Assembly: GCA_965242865.1 (NCBI GenBank)
Contig: CBDETK010000005.1
Coordinates: 1-21,617, forward strand
DNA length: 21,617 nt
Direction: 5' to 3'
From: Candidatus Latescibacterota bacterium
GTDB lineage: Bacteria > Latescibacterota > UBA2968 > UBA8231
In this document: in pieces, positions 1-9,253 of the stretch
Position numbering within the stretch: position 1 is the first letter of the stretch
How the letters are laid out: each line of letters starts with the position of its first letter
Notes under the pieces: model-generated
What the model saw: only the letters and a program-made list of their open reading frames with translations
Told to the model about the DNA's origin: nothing
The model's database searches: none
Translations under genes and position numbers: made by a program

Positions 1-825
1 GACACTCCCAGTCGGGCTCGCGGTTACAGGGGGGCACCGCCATTCGGAGCGAGCGCGTTACTGATCGCTGTCGAGAACGCGCACTACGACCTCGCCATCC
101 GGCTGCTCGCGGCAGGAGCCGACCCGAATCAAGCCCGGACGGGCTATACGGTGCTGCATGCCATCGCGCGGGTGCGCAAGCCCGGCGTCGGCGACAATGA
201 CCCGCCGCCCGCCGGATCGGGCGAGATGACCAGCTTGGAGTTCGTTCGGGAGGTGGTCGAGCGGGGCGGGGACGTGAATGCGCGGATGACCAAGAAGGTG
301 AACCTTGGAAACACGAGGCTCAACAAGCTCGGCGCTACGCCGTATTTCCTCGCGGCGCAGAGTGCCGATGCGGACCTGATGCGGACATTGGCTGCCCTCG
401 GGGCCGATACGAGTCTGCGGAACGCTGACGAGAGCACGCCGCTAATGGCTGCGGCGGGGTTGGGAACGCGCTCTCCGGGCGAGGACGCCGGTACGGAAAC
501 GGAAGTGCTGGAGGCGGTCGCGACCGCGCTTGAACTCGGGGCGGACATTGACGCGATGGACAGCAACGGGGAGACGGCCATGCACGGCGCCGCGTATAAG
601 AATCTGCCGAAAGTGGTGGAGTACTTGGCTCACCGGGGAGCGGACATCGAGGTCTGGAATCGACCGAACCGCTTCGGATGGACGCCGCTGGCGATCGCGA
701 CCGGTTACCGGTTCGGGAACTTCAAGCCGTCAACGGTAACAATCGCCGCGTTGCGTCAGGTGATGCTGAAAGCCGGGGTGCCACCGCCCGCCGAAGTCAC
801 GGCCGAGACCCAGCAAATCTATTGA
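1..825 (+). CDS. Ankyrin-repeat protein, 5'-truncated by the window edge
   Basis: Frame is open from base 1 (DTPSRARG...ASALLIAVENAHYDLAIRLLAAGADPN). Several ankyrin consensus units: GATPYFLAA...GAD, STPLMAAAG, NGETAMHGAA...GAD, GWTPLAIA. Stop TGA ends at 825. Confidence 0.9.
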   Translation, partial: DTPSRARGYRGAPPFGASALLIAVENAHYDLAIRLLAAGADPNQARTGYTVLHAIARVRKPGVGDNDPPPAGSGEMTSLEFVREVVERGGDVNARMTKKVNLGNTRLNKLGATPYFLAAQSADADLMRTLAALGADTSLRNADESTPLMAAAGLGTRSPGEDAGTETEVLEAVATALELGADIDAMDSNGETAMHGAAYKNLPKVVEYLAHRGADIEVWNRPNRFGWTPLAIATGYRFGNFKPSTVTIAALRQVMLKAGVPPPAEVTAETQQIY

Positions 826-940
826 GTCGACGCTGTTCGGCGGCGTTCGCAAGAAGTCTGGCTAGCGAGGGAGAATCCGATAGGCTGGCCCGGTCGACTC
901 CCGGCACCCGCAACGCACCAGCGGCAGGTCGGTTCGCAAG

Positions 941-3652
941 TCAGAATTCGAGTGCCAGCGTCAAGCGAAACGTGCGGCCGTCATTGAGCGTGTTCGTGAT
1001 CCGGCCGAAGGCGGGGGAAGTCAGATTGACGTTCGGATTGGCGAACTGCGGCGTGTTGAAGAAGTTCACGGACTCGGCCCGGAATCGGAGTTGCTTGTCC
1101 GAGGCCATGGCCCAACTGCGCGACAGGCTGGCATTCACGTTGGCGATCTTGCCCCGGCGGAAGGTGCGCAGGCCGAGGTTGCCAGCCAAGTCACCGACTT
1201 GCTGAAACGCGAATGCATCCCGGCGCAAGATCTGCCGGGAGGTGTCCGGATTGCCTACCGTCCGACCGAGCAACGAGCTGTCCAGCAAGTGAGGGCGGTC
1301 TCCCATCGCGCCGTCCACGTTCCCGAAGCCCGGTCCGTCAGAACCCGTCTGCACCGTGAACGGTGTGCCGGTCTTGAGAAGCGTCACGGTCGAAAACTCC
1401 CACCCGCCAAACAACTTTCCAGCCCATCCGCTACCCTGCGGCGTACTGTATACGGCACGGAGTAGTAGAGAATGAGGCTGGTCGAAGAAACTGAGTGACT
1501 TCACATCCGAATGGATGTCGTAAGCGGTCTGACTCACGGCCCGGCGAGCGTCGCCGCCGTTCATGGTATTGGTGTAGTCGCTGCCGAGATCGATCGACTT
1601 GCTGAACCAGTAGGCCGCATCGACAGTGAAGCCTTTCAGGTCGCGCATCACGAACGATACCCGCCCGGCGTCGAAGTACGCTCGGGAAGCATTGTGCAAG
1701 CGCAGCACATCGTTGTAGCGGGCGTCCGGCCGACGGCGGTTCGTCGTCCGGACGGTGACGGGAAGACCCTCGGGGCGCTCGCCCCGGTTGAGAAACCACG
1801 CTTGGAAGACCCTGTGAGTCCGGCTGCCCACGTAGCCTAGCTGGAGATTCATGGTCCGGGACAAGGCGAACTCCCAACTGAAGCTGTACTGGTGGCTGTA
1901 CGGCTCGACGAGATTGTCGGCGATGTCGAACAGCGTCGAGCGCGAGCCGGGCGTCACGTTTGCGAAGGCGGCACCGCTGATGATGTCGACAAGCCTGGGC
2001 TGCAGCACAACTAGCCGCACTACGTTGGGCGCGTTGATGCGGTACTGGCTGTAGGTGACCGGATAGATCTCGCCGTACGAGATGCCATACGCGCCACGTA
2101 GCGTTCCCCAGCGGTCGCCGAGCCGGTAGGCGAAGCCGAACCGCGGGGCGAAGTTGTTGCAGTCGCAACCGTAGGGCAGAGTCTCGAATTCGTTGACCTC
2201 TTGGGGAGGCGTCACAAGTTCGTAGCGCAATCCGAAGTTGAGTGTGAGATTGGAGCCAGCCTTCCACGTGTCGGCGACATAGAACTGGTTGGCCCACTGG
2301 CGAAATCCACGGTGAAAGCTGCCCACTGTCTTCAGCAAGCGGGTGGGCTTGCCGAGACGGAAGTTGGTAATCGCGTCGTTGCCGAAGTTGTCCGAAAATT
2401 GCGTGTTGCCCCGGATCGCCTGTTGCTCGACTCCGTTCAGCTGGATGCGCCCGAAGTGGAACCCAGCCTTGATGCTGTGATTCGCGACGCTGCGCGAAAC
2501 CTCTCCGGCGAATCGAAATGTGTTCAGTGCGCGGTCGACCGGGATCAACGGAGAAGGTCCTTGGCCGTCGATCGCGAATCCGACCCCGACAGTTGGCCCG
2601 AAGTTGTTCGGTTCCGGGATCAGCAGCGATCCGATACGGTCGAATCCGACCGAGAAGTTCGTGACGGTGTCCGCTGACCACGGTCGCGTCCAAGTGATCC
2701 TCGGTCGGTGGTTCTTGATCTCCGTGTCCGGATTCCGTCCGCGCACGAACTGGAAGGCGTCGACGCTCTGGGAAGTGAAGACATAGCTCAGGCCGAGCTT
2801 GCCCCGCTTGGTAAGGCCTTGGTCCAAGCGGAGATTGGCCGAGTCGGTATCGACTCTCTGCGGTGCGTTCGTGTTCAGTGCGCGCGCCGCGATATCCGTA
2901 CGATTCGGAAGTTCGGACGGGTAGGCTTCGAGCAGTTGGCTGACCAAGGCTCGCGTCGCGTCGTCCGTGCGCTCCCCACTGGCGGGATCGATCAGCAGGG
3001 GCGTTCGCTCCTCGGGTAGAGGCACCAGCACGTTGCCGTTGACCTGGCCTCGGATCTTCTGCTGGGAAGCGTTGACCGTGAAGCGGGCACCGTCCCATAT
3101 CGGACCGGTCAGGCGAAACGCGTACCGGTTTTCGTTCGCGGGCTGGACGTCCCCGACTTGGAAGAACGAACGTGCGGAGAACGCGCTGTTGCCGTGGGTC
3201 CACGAGGCGTTGCCGTGAACGCCGCTGCCGCGTGCGGGCGGCAAGTGAAGGTTCGGTCGGGCACGCCTGCCGTACTCGGCCCCGTAGTAGTCACGGTCCG
3301 GCTGGAAGTCCGTGACGATGGTCGCCGTGGCGCCGAGGCGAATGTTGAGTTCCTGCAAGGTGTTGGTGTCGACGAGATTGAACTGAACGTTCTCGTTGCG
3401 ACGGGCCTCGCCGGACTTGGTGTCTTCCTGTCCGAGCAGGTTCAGATTGGTGCGTTGCGCCTCGGCACCGGCCTCGGTCGCGGGAGTGGCATCCCCGTCC
3501 GGACTCGCGTCCTCGCTCGGGGGATCCTCTTGTGCATCGCTCGTAGGTTGGGCCGGGCGGTCTTGCGCGGAAATCCCGAACGGAATCGCTAGGGCAAGGA
3601 AAATGGCGACCCACGCTGCAGGTATAGGGCGTCCCTTCTTGAAGTGACTCAT
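941..3652 (-). CDS. TonB-dependent receptor-like outer-membrane beta-barrel (Oar-like), 903 aa
   Basis: N-terminal signal peptide (WVAIFLALAIPFGISA), YGAEYG plug-end motif, barrel motifs FYVADTWK...LTLNFGLRYE, NNFAPRFGFAY, RAESVNFFNTPQF and a C-terminal Phe (LALEF). Confidence 0.85.
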   Translation of the reverse strand: MSHFKKGRPIPAAWVAIFLALAIPFGISAQDRPAQPTSDAQEDPPSEDASPDGDATPATEAGAEAQRTNLNLLGQEDTKSGEARRNENVQFNLVDTNTLQELNIRLGATATIVTDFQPDRDYYGAEYGRRARPNLHLPPARGSGVHGNASWTHGNSAFSARSFFQVGDVQPANENRYAFRLTGPIWDGARFTVNASQQKIRGQVNGNVLVPLPEERTPLLIDPASGERTDDATRALVSQLLEAYPSELPNRTDIAARALNTNAPQRVDTDSANLRLDQGLTKRGKLGLSYVFTSQSVDAFQFVRGRNPDTEIKNHRPRITWTRPWSADTVTNFSVGFDRIGSLLIPEPNNFGPTVGVGFAIDGQGPSPLIPVDRALNTFRFAGEVSRSVANHSIKAGFHFGRIQLNGVEQQAIRGNTQFSDNFGNDAITNFRLGKPTRLLKTVGSFHRGFRQWANQFYVADTWKAGSNLTLNFGLRYELVTPPQEVNEFETLPYGCDCNNFAPRFGFAYRLGDRWGTLRGAYGISYGEIYPVTYSQYRINAPNVVRLVVLQPRLVDIISGAAFANVTPGSRSTLFDIADNLVEPYSHQYSFSWEFALSRTMNLQLGYVGSRTHRVFQAWFLNRGERPEGLPVTVRTTNRRRPDARYNDVLRLHNASRAYFDAGRVSFVMRDLKGFTVDAAYWFSKSIDLGSDYTNTMNGGDARRAVSQTAYDIHSDVKSLSFFDQPHSLLLRAVYSTPQGSGWAGKLFGGWEFSTVTLLKTGTPFTVQTGSDGPGFGNVDGAMGDRPHLLDSSLLGRTVGNPDTSRQILRRDAFAFQQVGDLAGNLGLRTFRRGKIANVNASLSRSWAMASDKQLRFRAESVNFFNTPQFANPNVNLTSPAFGRITNTLNDGRTFRLTLALEF

Positions 3653-3857
3653 CTAGTCGATATAGGCGCAGGTTTGAAGCGTTAGGTTGCTATTGGTGCG
3701 AAGGCGTCCGGCACGCGTGGCAATTGGATTCCCAGAACGGTTGCTGGGTGCTGTGTGTTCGGGGATGCAGAGAACTGCGCTGATCGGGTAGGATGTCAAT
3801 CGAGGCTGGAGTTACAGTCGAGCCTTGCAATCGAGCGAAGCTGGATGGAGGGCACGT

Positions 3858-5291
3858 ATGGGTAGCCGATCGTTTGAGGAAACCGGCGTGACGAGACGGG
3901 AGATTCTGCGCGACGCCACGATGGGGATCGGCTCGTGCGCGTTCGGCGCGCTGCTCGCACCCAGTCAGTCCGTCGCGGCCCGCTACGACCCGACCGACCC
4001 TCTAGCGCCGAAGGTTCCGCCGCTCCCCGCGAAGGCGAAGCGCGTGATCCACATCTTCATGAACGGTGGTCCGTCGCAGGTCGATACCTTCGATCCCAAG
4101 CCCGCCCTCGCGAAGTACGCGGGCAAGGCCCTTCCGATCCACCTCCGGACGGAACGTCGCACCGGAGCGGCGTTCCCTTCGCCGTTCGCGTTCCGCAAGC
4201 ACGGTCAAAGCGGTATCGAGGTCAGCGAGATCTTTCCGAAGGTAGCCGAGCACGTGGACGATCTCTGCGTGATTCGGTCGATGCAAACGAACGTCCCGAA
4301 CCACGGTCCGTCGCTGATGATGATGAACACGGGCACGACGCAACAATCGCGCCCGAGTTTCGGTTCCTGGCTCACGTACGGACTCGGCACGGAGAACCGT
4401 AATCTGCCCGGGTTCGTGATTCTGTGTCCGAACGGCTTTCCGATCTGGGGGGCGAAGAACTGGCGGTCCGCATTCTTGCCGGGGGCGTTTCAAGGGACGC
4501 ACATCGACACCAGCTATTCGGAACCCGACAAGCTGATCGCGAACGTGCGTAACCGATTCGCCAGTCGCGAGGCGCAGCGGCAGCAGTTGGACTTGCTCGG
4601 GCGGCTGAATCGCGCTCACGCTGACGAGCGGGCCGGTGACGAGTTGCTCGAGGCGCGAGCGCAATCCTTCGAGCTAGCGTTCCGCATGCAGATGGAAGCG
4701 ACTAACGTATTCGATATCGATAGCGAGTCGCAGGCTACCAAGGACCTGTACGGTGACACGCTGCACGGGCGGCAGATGCTAATTGCCCGGAGGTTGCTGG
4801 AAAAGGGCGTTCGGTTTGTGCAAGTGTGGCATGGGGCGGGGCAGCCTTGGGATTCGCATAGCGAGATCGAGAAGAACAGCCGCCGGCTGGCGGGTCAATG
4901 CGACCAGCCGATCGCAGCTCTACTGACCGATCTGAAGCAGCGCGGCATGCTCGAGGACACCTTGGTGATCTGGGGCGGGGAATTCGGCCGGACACCCGTG
5001 GTCGAACTGACCTCGTTCGGAGCGAATTCCGGCAAGAACGGTCGCGACCACAATTCGTATGGATTCTCGATGTGGCTGGCCGGCGGCGGGGTCAAGCAGG
5101 GCCACGTGCATGGCGCAACGGACGAGTTCGGATTCCGCGCGGAAGAGAAACCGGTTCACGTCCATGACCTGCACGCCACGCTGCTGCACTTGCTGGGGTT
5201 CGACCACGAACGGTTCACCTTCCGCTACGCGGGCCGGGATTTTCGGTTGACGGATGTCCACGGACGGGTGGTAACCGATCTCATCGCTTGA
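3858..5291 (+). CDS. DUF1501 family (sulfatase-like) protein with a twin-arginine-like N-terminus
   Basis: Motifs AKRVIHIFMNGGPSQVDTFDPKP, RPSFGSWLTYGLG, WDSH, GGEFGRTP, GRDH, DLHATLLHLLG, RLTDVHG. ATG at 3858 follows GGAG (3847-3850) and is preferred over TTG 3825. TRREIL lies near the N-terminus. Confidence 0.9.
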   Translation: MGSRSFEETGVTRREILRDATMGIGSCAFGALLAPSQSVAARYDPTDPLAPKVPPLPAKAKRVIHIFMNGGPSQVDTFDPKPALAKYAGKALPIHLRTERRTGAAFPSPFAFRKHGQSGIEVSEIFPKVAEHVDDLCVIRSMQTNVPNHGPSLMMMNTGTTQQSRPSFGSWLTYGLGTENRNLPGFVILCPNGFPIWGAKNWRSAFLPGAFQGTHIDTSYSEPDKLIANVRNRFASREAQRQQLDLLGRLNRAHADERAGDELLEARAQSFELAFRMQMEATNVFDIDSESQATKDLYGDTLHGRQMLIARRLLEKGVRFVQVWHGAGQPWDSHSEIEKNSRRLAGQCDQPIAALLTDLKQRGMLEDTLVIWGGEFGRTPVVELTSFGANSGKNGRDHNSYGFSMWLAGGGVKQGHVHGATDEFGFRAEEKPVHVHDLHATLLHLLGFDHERFTFRYAGRDFRLTDVHGRVVTDLIA

Positions 5292-5456
5292 TGGCCGGCC
5301 CATCATCGAATCCAGTGCCAATGCCGACGATCCGTGCGGTCCCATCCGCGTACTTGGGCTGGGGCGGAGAATAGCGATGAATCCGTGAGCCGCCCATTAC
5401 GGAGGGTCGGCTGTCCAGGCTCGGTGCCCACTCTGGCTCCCTTGGGATGTGACTTG

Positions 5457-5482
5457 ATCGCGGGCCCGAATCGCGGGCCCGA
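5457..5482. repeat. Perfect 13-bp tandem duplication ATCGCGGGCCCGA x2
   Basis: Copies at 5457-5469 and 5470-5482, each containing the palindrome CGGGCCCG. Confidence 0.85.
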
Positions 5483-5502
5483 GCCGCGATGGCTCGGTAG
5501 GC

Positions 5503-5508
5503 TAGAAT
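5503..5508 (+). promoter_or_regulatory. Candidate -10 box (TAGAAT) for the TPR/dgt operon
   Basis: Near-consensus hexamer in a GC-rich intergenic region just upstream of the TPR gene; no clear -35. Confidence 0.35.
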
Positions 5509-5535
5509 GAGTTTGAGCGCGGCACCCAGATCGGG

Positions 5536-6270
5536 ATGGATACTGCGCCCAGGCAGGGTAACGCATTGGCAAGGTTTCGTCGCAAGGACTTGAAGCGGGA
5601 TCGATTCGTCGAAGAGGTCACTCAGCGAGTCGAGTTCTTTGCAGGTCATCGTAAGCAATTCATCGGCGGCGGCATCGCCGTGGTCGTCATCATCGTGGCG
5701 GCGGTGGGCTACACCACCTACTCAAGGAATCAATCGAGGGCGGCCATGAGCGCACTCCAAGAGGCGATTGACCTCTACCACGGAGTCGTAACCGCCGAGG
5801 AAATCACAGGGACCAAGACATTCGCCACCGAGACCGAGCGGATCGATGCCGTGACCCGGTCCCTAGACATCCTCGCTGTCGACTTCTCCGGGTCTCCGGC
5901 CGCAGCCGGTGCCGCCTTCTATTCCGGGTTGCTTGATCGCGAACAGGGCAACATCGAGCAGGCCCGCGCTCACTTCGAACTAGCCGTGAACGGGAGTGGT
6001 AGCGAGTATCCTGTATTGGCTCGGCTTGCGCTGGGTCGCTTGCTGCTTGACGAGGGTTCGGCCGAGGAGGCTCGTAAGCAGTTTCAGTGGGTGGTGGAGA
6101 ACCCCACCCGGACGGTATCTCGAGATCGGGCTTCAATTGAAGTCGCTCGCACTCTCATCGAGAGCGACCCCAAGCAGGCGCGTGAGATCTTGGACGCGAT
6201 CCGGACCCAAAACGGCCCGGCCAGTCCCATGGCTACAGAGCTTTTGGAGACGATTGCCGAGGGGAGCTAG
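5536..6270 (+). CDS. Membrane-anchored tetratricopeptide-repeat protein (YfgM-like); start may be TTG 5566
   Basis: Basic N-terminus (RFRRKDLKRDRF), one TM helix (FIGGGIAVVVIIVAAVGY), then helical TPR-like repeats (AAFYSGLL...G..EQARAHFE; LARLALGRLL...G..EEARKQFQ). Confidence 0.75.
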   Translation: MDTAPRQGNALARFRRKDLKRDRFVEEVTQRVEFFAGHRKQFIGGGIAVVVIIVAAVGYTTYSRNQSRAAMSALQEAIDLYHGVVTAEEITGTKTFATETERIDAVTRSLDILAVDFSGSPAAAGAAFYSGLLDREQGNIEQARAHFELAVNGSGSEYPVLARLALGRLLLDEGSAEEARKQFQWVVENPTRTVSRDRASIEVARTLIESDPKQAREILDAIRTQNGPASPMATELLETIAEGS

Positions 6271-6284
6271 CCCTCTGGATCGCG

Positions 6285-7436
6285 ATGCTGACTTGCCTGC
6301 GATTTCCGAGCGAACGATCACGGTTGCGCAGGCATCCCGAACCCGAGGGTGCGGACGCCTACCGGGGGCCGTTCCAGCACGACCGGGATCGCATCATTCA
6401 CTCGAAGGCCTTCCGGCGCTTGGCCGGCAAGACGCAGGTCGCGACGCTTCCTGATTCAAGCCACTGTCGCACGCGGCTCACCCACACCATCGAAGTCTCT
6501 CAGATCGCGCGGTCAGTCGGTGCGGCTTTGAGCCTCAACGTGGACTTGATCGAGGCTCTGGCACTCGCTCACGATTTGGGCCACCCCGCATTCGGTCATG
6601 TCGGGGAAAGCGCACTCAACCGCGAAATGCAACGGCACGGGTCCTATTTCGACCACAATTTCCATGCCTTGCGGATCGTCGAGCACTTCGAGCGCCGCTA
6701 CGTCGCCTTCCGCGGTCTGAACCTGACGTTCGAGGTTCGCGAGGGACTGCTCAAGCACTCGCGTGATCTCGACCCGAACGACATCGCGCATCAGGAATAT
6801 CTGCCAGAACTGCAGCCGACGCTCGAGGCGCAACTAATCGACAGCGCTGATGCCATCGCCTACTTGAGTGCGGATCTGGAAGACGCGGTCGAGGGTGGCT
6901 ATCTCGATCTAGACACGGTGTGCGACCGTGTCCCGGGATTCGCCGCGATTCTGGAACGCATTCGCGAACGCTACCCGGGGGCGACGGCCCAACGCGCGTT
7001 GACGGAGGCACTTCGTCAACTGGTGGGGGAATTGGTTGACGGTCTGATCCAAGGAACCGTATCCGCCGCGAGCCAGGCGCGAGTAAATGGCTGGAACGAT
7101 GTGCGCACAGCCTCACGCCGGATCGCGACCCCGCTCGAGAGCACGAGCGCAACGATGATGCAAATCCGGGAGGTCCTGACCGAGCGTTACTACAACGCGT
7201 CATCGGTGCGGGAACTGACGCGAGGCCACGCCGAGAAACTCAGCGAACTGTTCCTCTACTACTTTGAGAACCCGAGCGCCCTTCCGAGCGATTCCGTGGA
7301 CCAGCTAGATAGCGAGACTCTGCCGCGAGTGGTTTGCGACTACATCGCGGGCATGACGGATGAGTATCTGCTGCGATGCTACGACGCTGCCCTCGCGAAT
7401 GGGACTGTTCGCCAATTCCGGCGAGCTTCCGCATAG
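6285..7436 (+). CDS. dgt: Deoxyguanosinetriphosphate triphosphohydrolase (HD superfamily), 383 aa
   Basis: FQHDRDRIIHSKAFRRLAGKTQV, RTRLTHTIEV, AHDLGHPAFGHVGE, ADAIAY...DLED and C-terminal VCDYIAGMTD. Confidence 0.92.
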   Translation: MLTCLRFPSERSRLRRHPEPEGADAYRGPFQHDRDRIIHSKAFRRLAGKTQVATLPDSSHCRTRLTHTIEVSQIARSVGAALSLNVDLIEALALAHDLGHPAFGHVGESALNREMQRHGSYFDHNFHALRIVEHFERRYVAFRGLNLTFEVREGLLKHSRDLDPNDIAHQEYLPELQPTLEAQLIDSADAIAYLSADLEDAVEGGYLDLDTVCDRVPGFAAILERIRERYPGATAQRALTEALRQLVGELVDGLIQGTVSAASQARVNGWNDVRTASRRIATPLESTSATMMQIREVLTERYYNASSVRELTRGHAEKLSELFLYYFENPSALPSDSVDQLDSETLPRVVCDYIAGMTDEYLLRCYDAALANGTVRQFRRASA

Positions 7437-7495
7437 GGCTGGCGGCTTCACAAGCCCGTGCGCCATCCGTGCGTGGATTCGAAGCAGCCGGTACG

Positions 7496-7544
7496 AGCAC
7501 TAGTAGCACGCTCGGGCGTAGGAGTTCCGAGCGTCGCTGGTGCT
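7496..7544. terminator. Long imperfect hairpin between convergent dgt and hipA
   Basis: ACGCTCGG (7508-7515) pairs with CCGAGCGT (7527-7534). Outer AGCACTAGT (7496-7504) pairs with GCTGGTGCT (7536-7544) allowing two G-U pairs. No U-tract. Confidence 0.4.
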
Positions 7545-7629
7545 ACGTTGGGCCGTTGCCCGAGCTGCAGTCACACGTCACGGGTGCGTAGTCGACCAAA
7601 CGGAGTGGACTCGTTTTAGCCGCTCTGAT

Positions 7630-8889
7630 TCATCCGCCCTGAGATCTGGCGGCCGCCAGATCCGAGTGGTCGAACGCTGACGCCATGCGTTCAATCTCGG
7701 CCTTGGAGATGCCCAACTGGGCCGCTCCGGAACGCCACCCGCTGGTCGCATCACCGACCTCGGCGACGATCCTACGCGCCTGAGCCGCGTCCACCTCGAA
7801 GTACTCCGCGACTTCCATCGCTAGCTCCAGCGATGCCGTTGCGTCGTCGAACGTTATCGCGGTGCTCAGGATCCGCGGCTTGACCTCCAGGGGAACCGGA
7901 TTCAGGTCGAATGCCGGCGAGAGTGTCCACCCTTGCGGACCGACGTAGAGTAAGCCGTGATTACGCAGGTGGTCATCCGTGTTCGAGATTAGGACGTTGA
8001 AGACGATCCGTCGCCAGAGGGCCCGCAAGTCTGATCTTGGCGATGCTCCGTATCTTCGGAGCGCGTCGGCGACTTCGAGATAGCTGTGATCCTCGTGTAG
8101 TGTGGCACCGAGAATGCTCATTGCTGAGATGTATGGAGTCCGGATCTGCGATTTTCGGTCGAACCGTTCCAAGAGCAGGACGCTGTGCCCGGCAATGACT
8201 TCCAATCGTGATCGCGACACCTCGACTCCCGCCCGTCTCGCTAGGCGCAACGCCACCTCCTCCCAGCGCACGACGTCGAATTCGTCGTTGCTACTCGGAA
8301 ACTTGGCAATCAGTAGGTGGCCGTTGGCATCACGCACCGAGACCTTCGGACGCGCACCGCCCAAAGCACAGCCGGGCGCGAGCAGGAGTCGCAAGTCGTC
8401 GCCCGTTGCAGCATCGTCGAGCACATGATTCGTCGCTGCCAGCAGCCGAGGCAGTTCGACCAGCGGTGGGATGCGGCCGTGGATCGACTCGGCTAGGAAT
8501 GGCCCTCCTTCGTGTGGGGCGAAACGTAGCGCTCCCAATCGGGCCTCGTCGTCCACACCCAGGAGATAGTCAATCTCGTGCAGCGTGCGAGGGTGCGTTC
8601 CCGCGCTCGCTGCCTGATGCCGCTCCGCGCGTCGCATCAGCATGCGCCCCCAGCGGTCGGGAGTCGAATCCGCGATGGCACCGAAGAGGGGTTTGTCGGA
8701 CGCTGTGTGAAACTGACCCTGCGCCAGACGCAACGCTGGATCCAATGCGAAACGCATGGGCTGAGATAACCACGCTCTGTCGTATTCGAAGCTAGTGCTC
8801 TCGCTGGTTCCCCGGGAGCGCGTCCACAGGCGTCCCACCAGGTAGGGTGTGCCGAGGAGATCGGCGTAGACTAGGATCTCCCGTTCCAT
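7630..8889 (-). CDS. hipA: HipA-family kinase toxin (type II TA), 419 aa
   Basis: N-terminal couple domain (SFEYDRAWL...DSTPDRWGR), P-loop LGGARPK, IAKFP, LLERFDR, catalytic NTDDHLRNHG and Mg-binding LSPAFDLNP. Confidence 0.92.
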   Translation of the reverse strand: MEREILVYADLLGTPYLVGRLWTRSRGTSESTSFEYDRAWLSQPMRFALDPALRLAQGQFHTASDKPLFGAIADSTPDRWGRMLMRRAERHQAASAGTHPRTLHEIDYLLGVDDEARLGALRFAPHEGGPFLAESIHGRIPPLVELPRLLAATNHVLDDAATGDDLRLLLAPGCALGGARPKVSVRDANGHLLIAKFPSSNDEFDVVRWEEVALRLARRAGVEVSRSRLEVIAGHSVLLLERFDRKSQIRTPYISAMSILGATLHEDHSYLEVADALRRYGASPRSDLRALWRRIVFNVLISNTDDHLRNHGLLYVGPQGWTLSPAFDLNPVPLEVKPRILSTAITFDDATASLELAMEVAEYFEVDAAQARRIVAEVGDATSGWRSGAAQLGISKAEIERMASAFDHSDLAAARSQGG

Positions 8890-8916
8890 CGGTCGCGCCC
8901 TCCGGCTGCTATGACA

Positions 8917-9222
8917 CTATTCGGCTTTCTGCCGGGGCAAGCGGATGCGCCGTGGCAGACGGTCTTCGTCAAGTTCGAGCCCGACCGTGTCGTGCCGCGG
9001 ATCGACGAGATCCGCGAGGCGGCGTTCCATGCCAAGCACGAAGAGTACCTTGGCGTATGCTCCCGCAGACACTCCCGTATCCCCGCGCTCCACCTTGTGC
9101 AGTGTTGTTCGACTGATGGATGCACGTTCCGCGAAGAGCGCGGCGGGAAGTCGACGGCGCCGACGGGCATCGCGGATGTCGCGCCCCAACTTGCCTAAGG
9201 CATGGAGTGCCGGAAGCGGCAT
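8917..9222 (-). CDS. XRE/Cro-type HTH antitoxin (HipB-like); ATG 9222 preferred over 9249
   Basis: LGRDIRDARRRRRL...AERASISRTTLHKVERGDTGVS HTH, directly upstream of hipA. The alternative ATG at 9249 overlaps a perfect -10 box. Confidence 0.85.
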   Translation of the reverse strand: MPLPALHALGKLGRDIRDARRRRRLPAALFAERASISRTTLHKVERGDTGVSAGAYAKVLFVLGMERRLADLVDPRHDTVGLELDEDRLPRRIRLPRQKAE

Positions 9223-9247
9223 CTTGTAGTTGTCCACAATGCTATAC

Positions 9248-9253
9248 ATTATA
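9248..9253 (-). promoter_or_regulatory. Perfect -10 box TATAAT for the hipBA operon, within an AT-rich patch
   Basis: Plus-strand ATTATA at 9248-9253. A short inverted repeat TACAT (9245-9249)/ATGTA (9265-9269) overlaps it. Confidence 0.6.

Noticed and set aside
1431-3203. 590-aa alternative-frame ORF and the many other overlapping or antisense ORFs in the track
   Set aside because: Arg/Pro-rich shadow frames are expected at high GC; each overlaps a gene with clear family motifs.
6285-7436. dgt as an anti-phage dGTP-depletion system
   Set aside because: It has host-like composition, is a short housekeeping-type protein, and sits 14 bp behind a YfgM-like gene. Adjacency to the islet alone is not enough.
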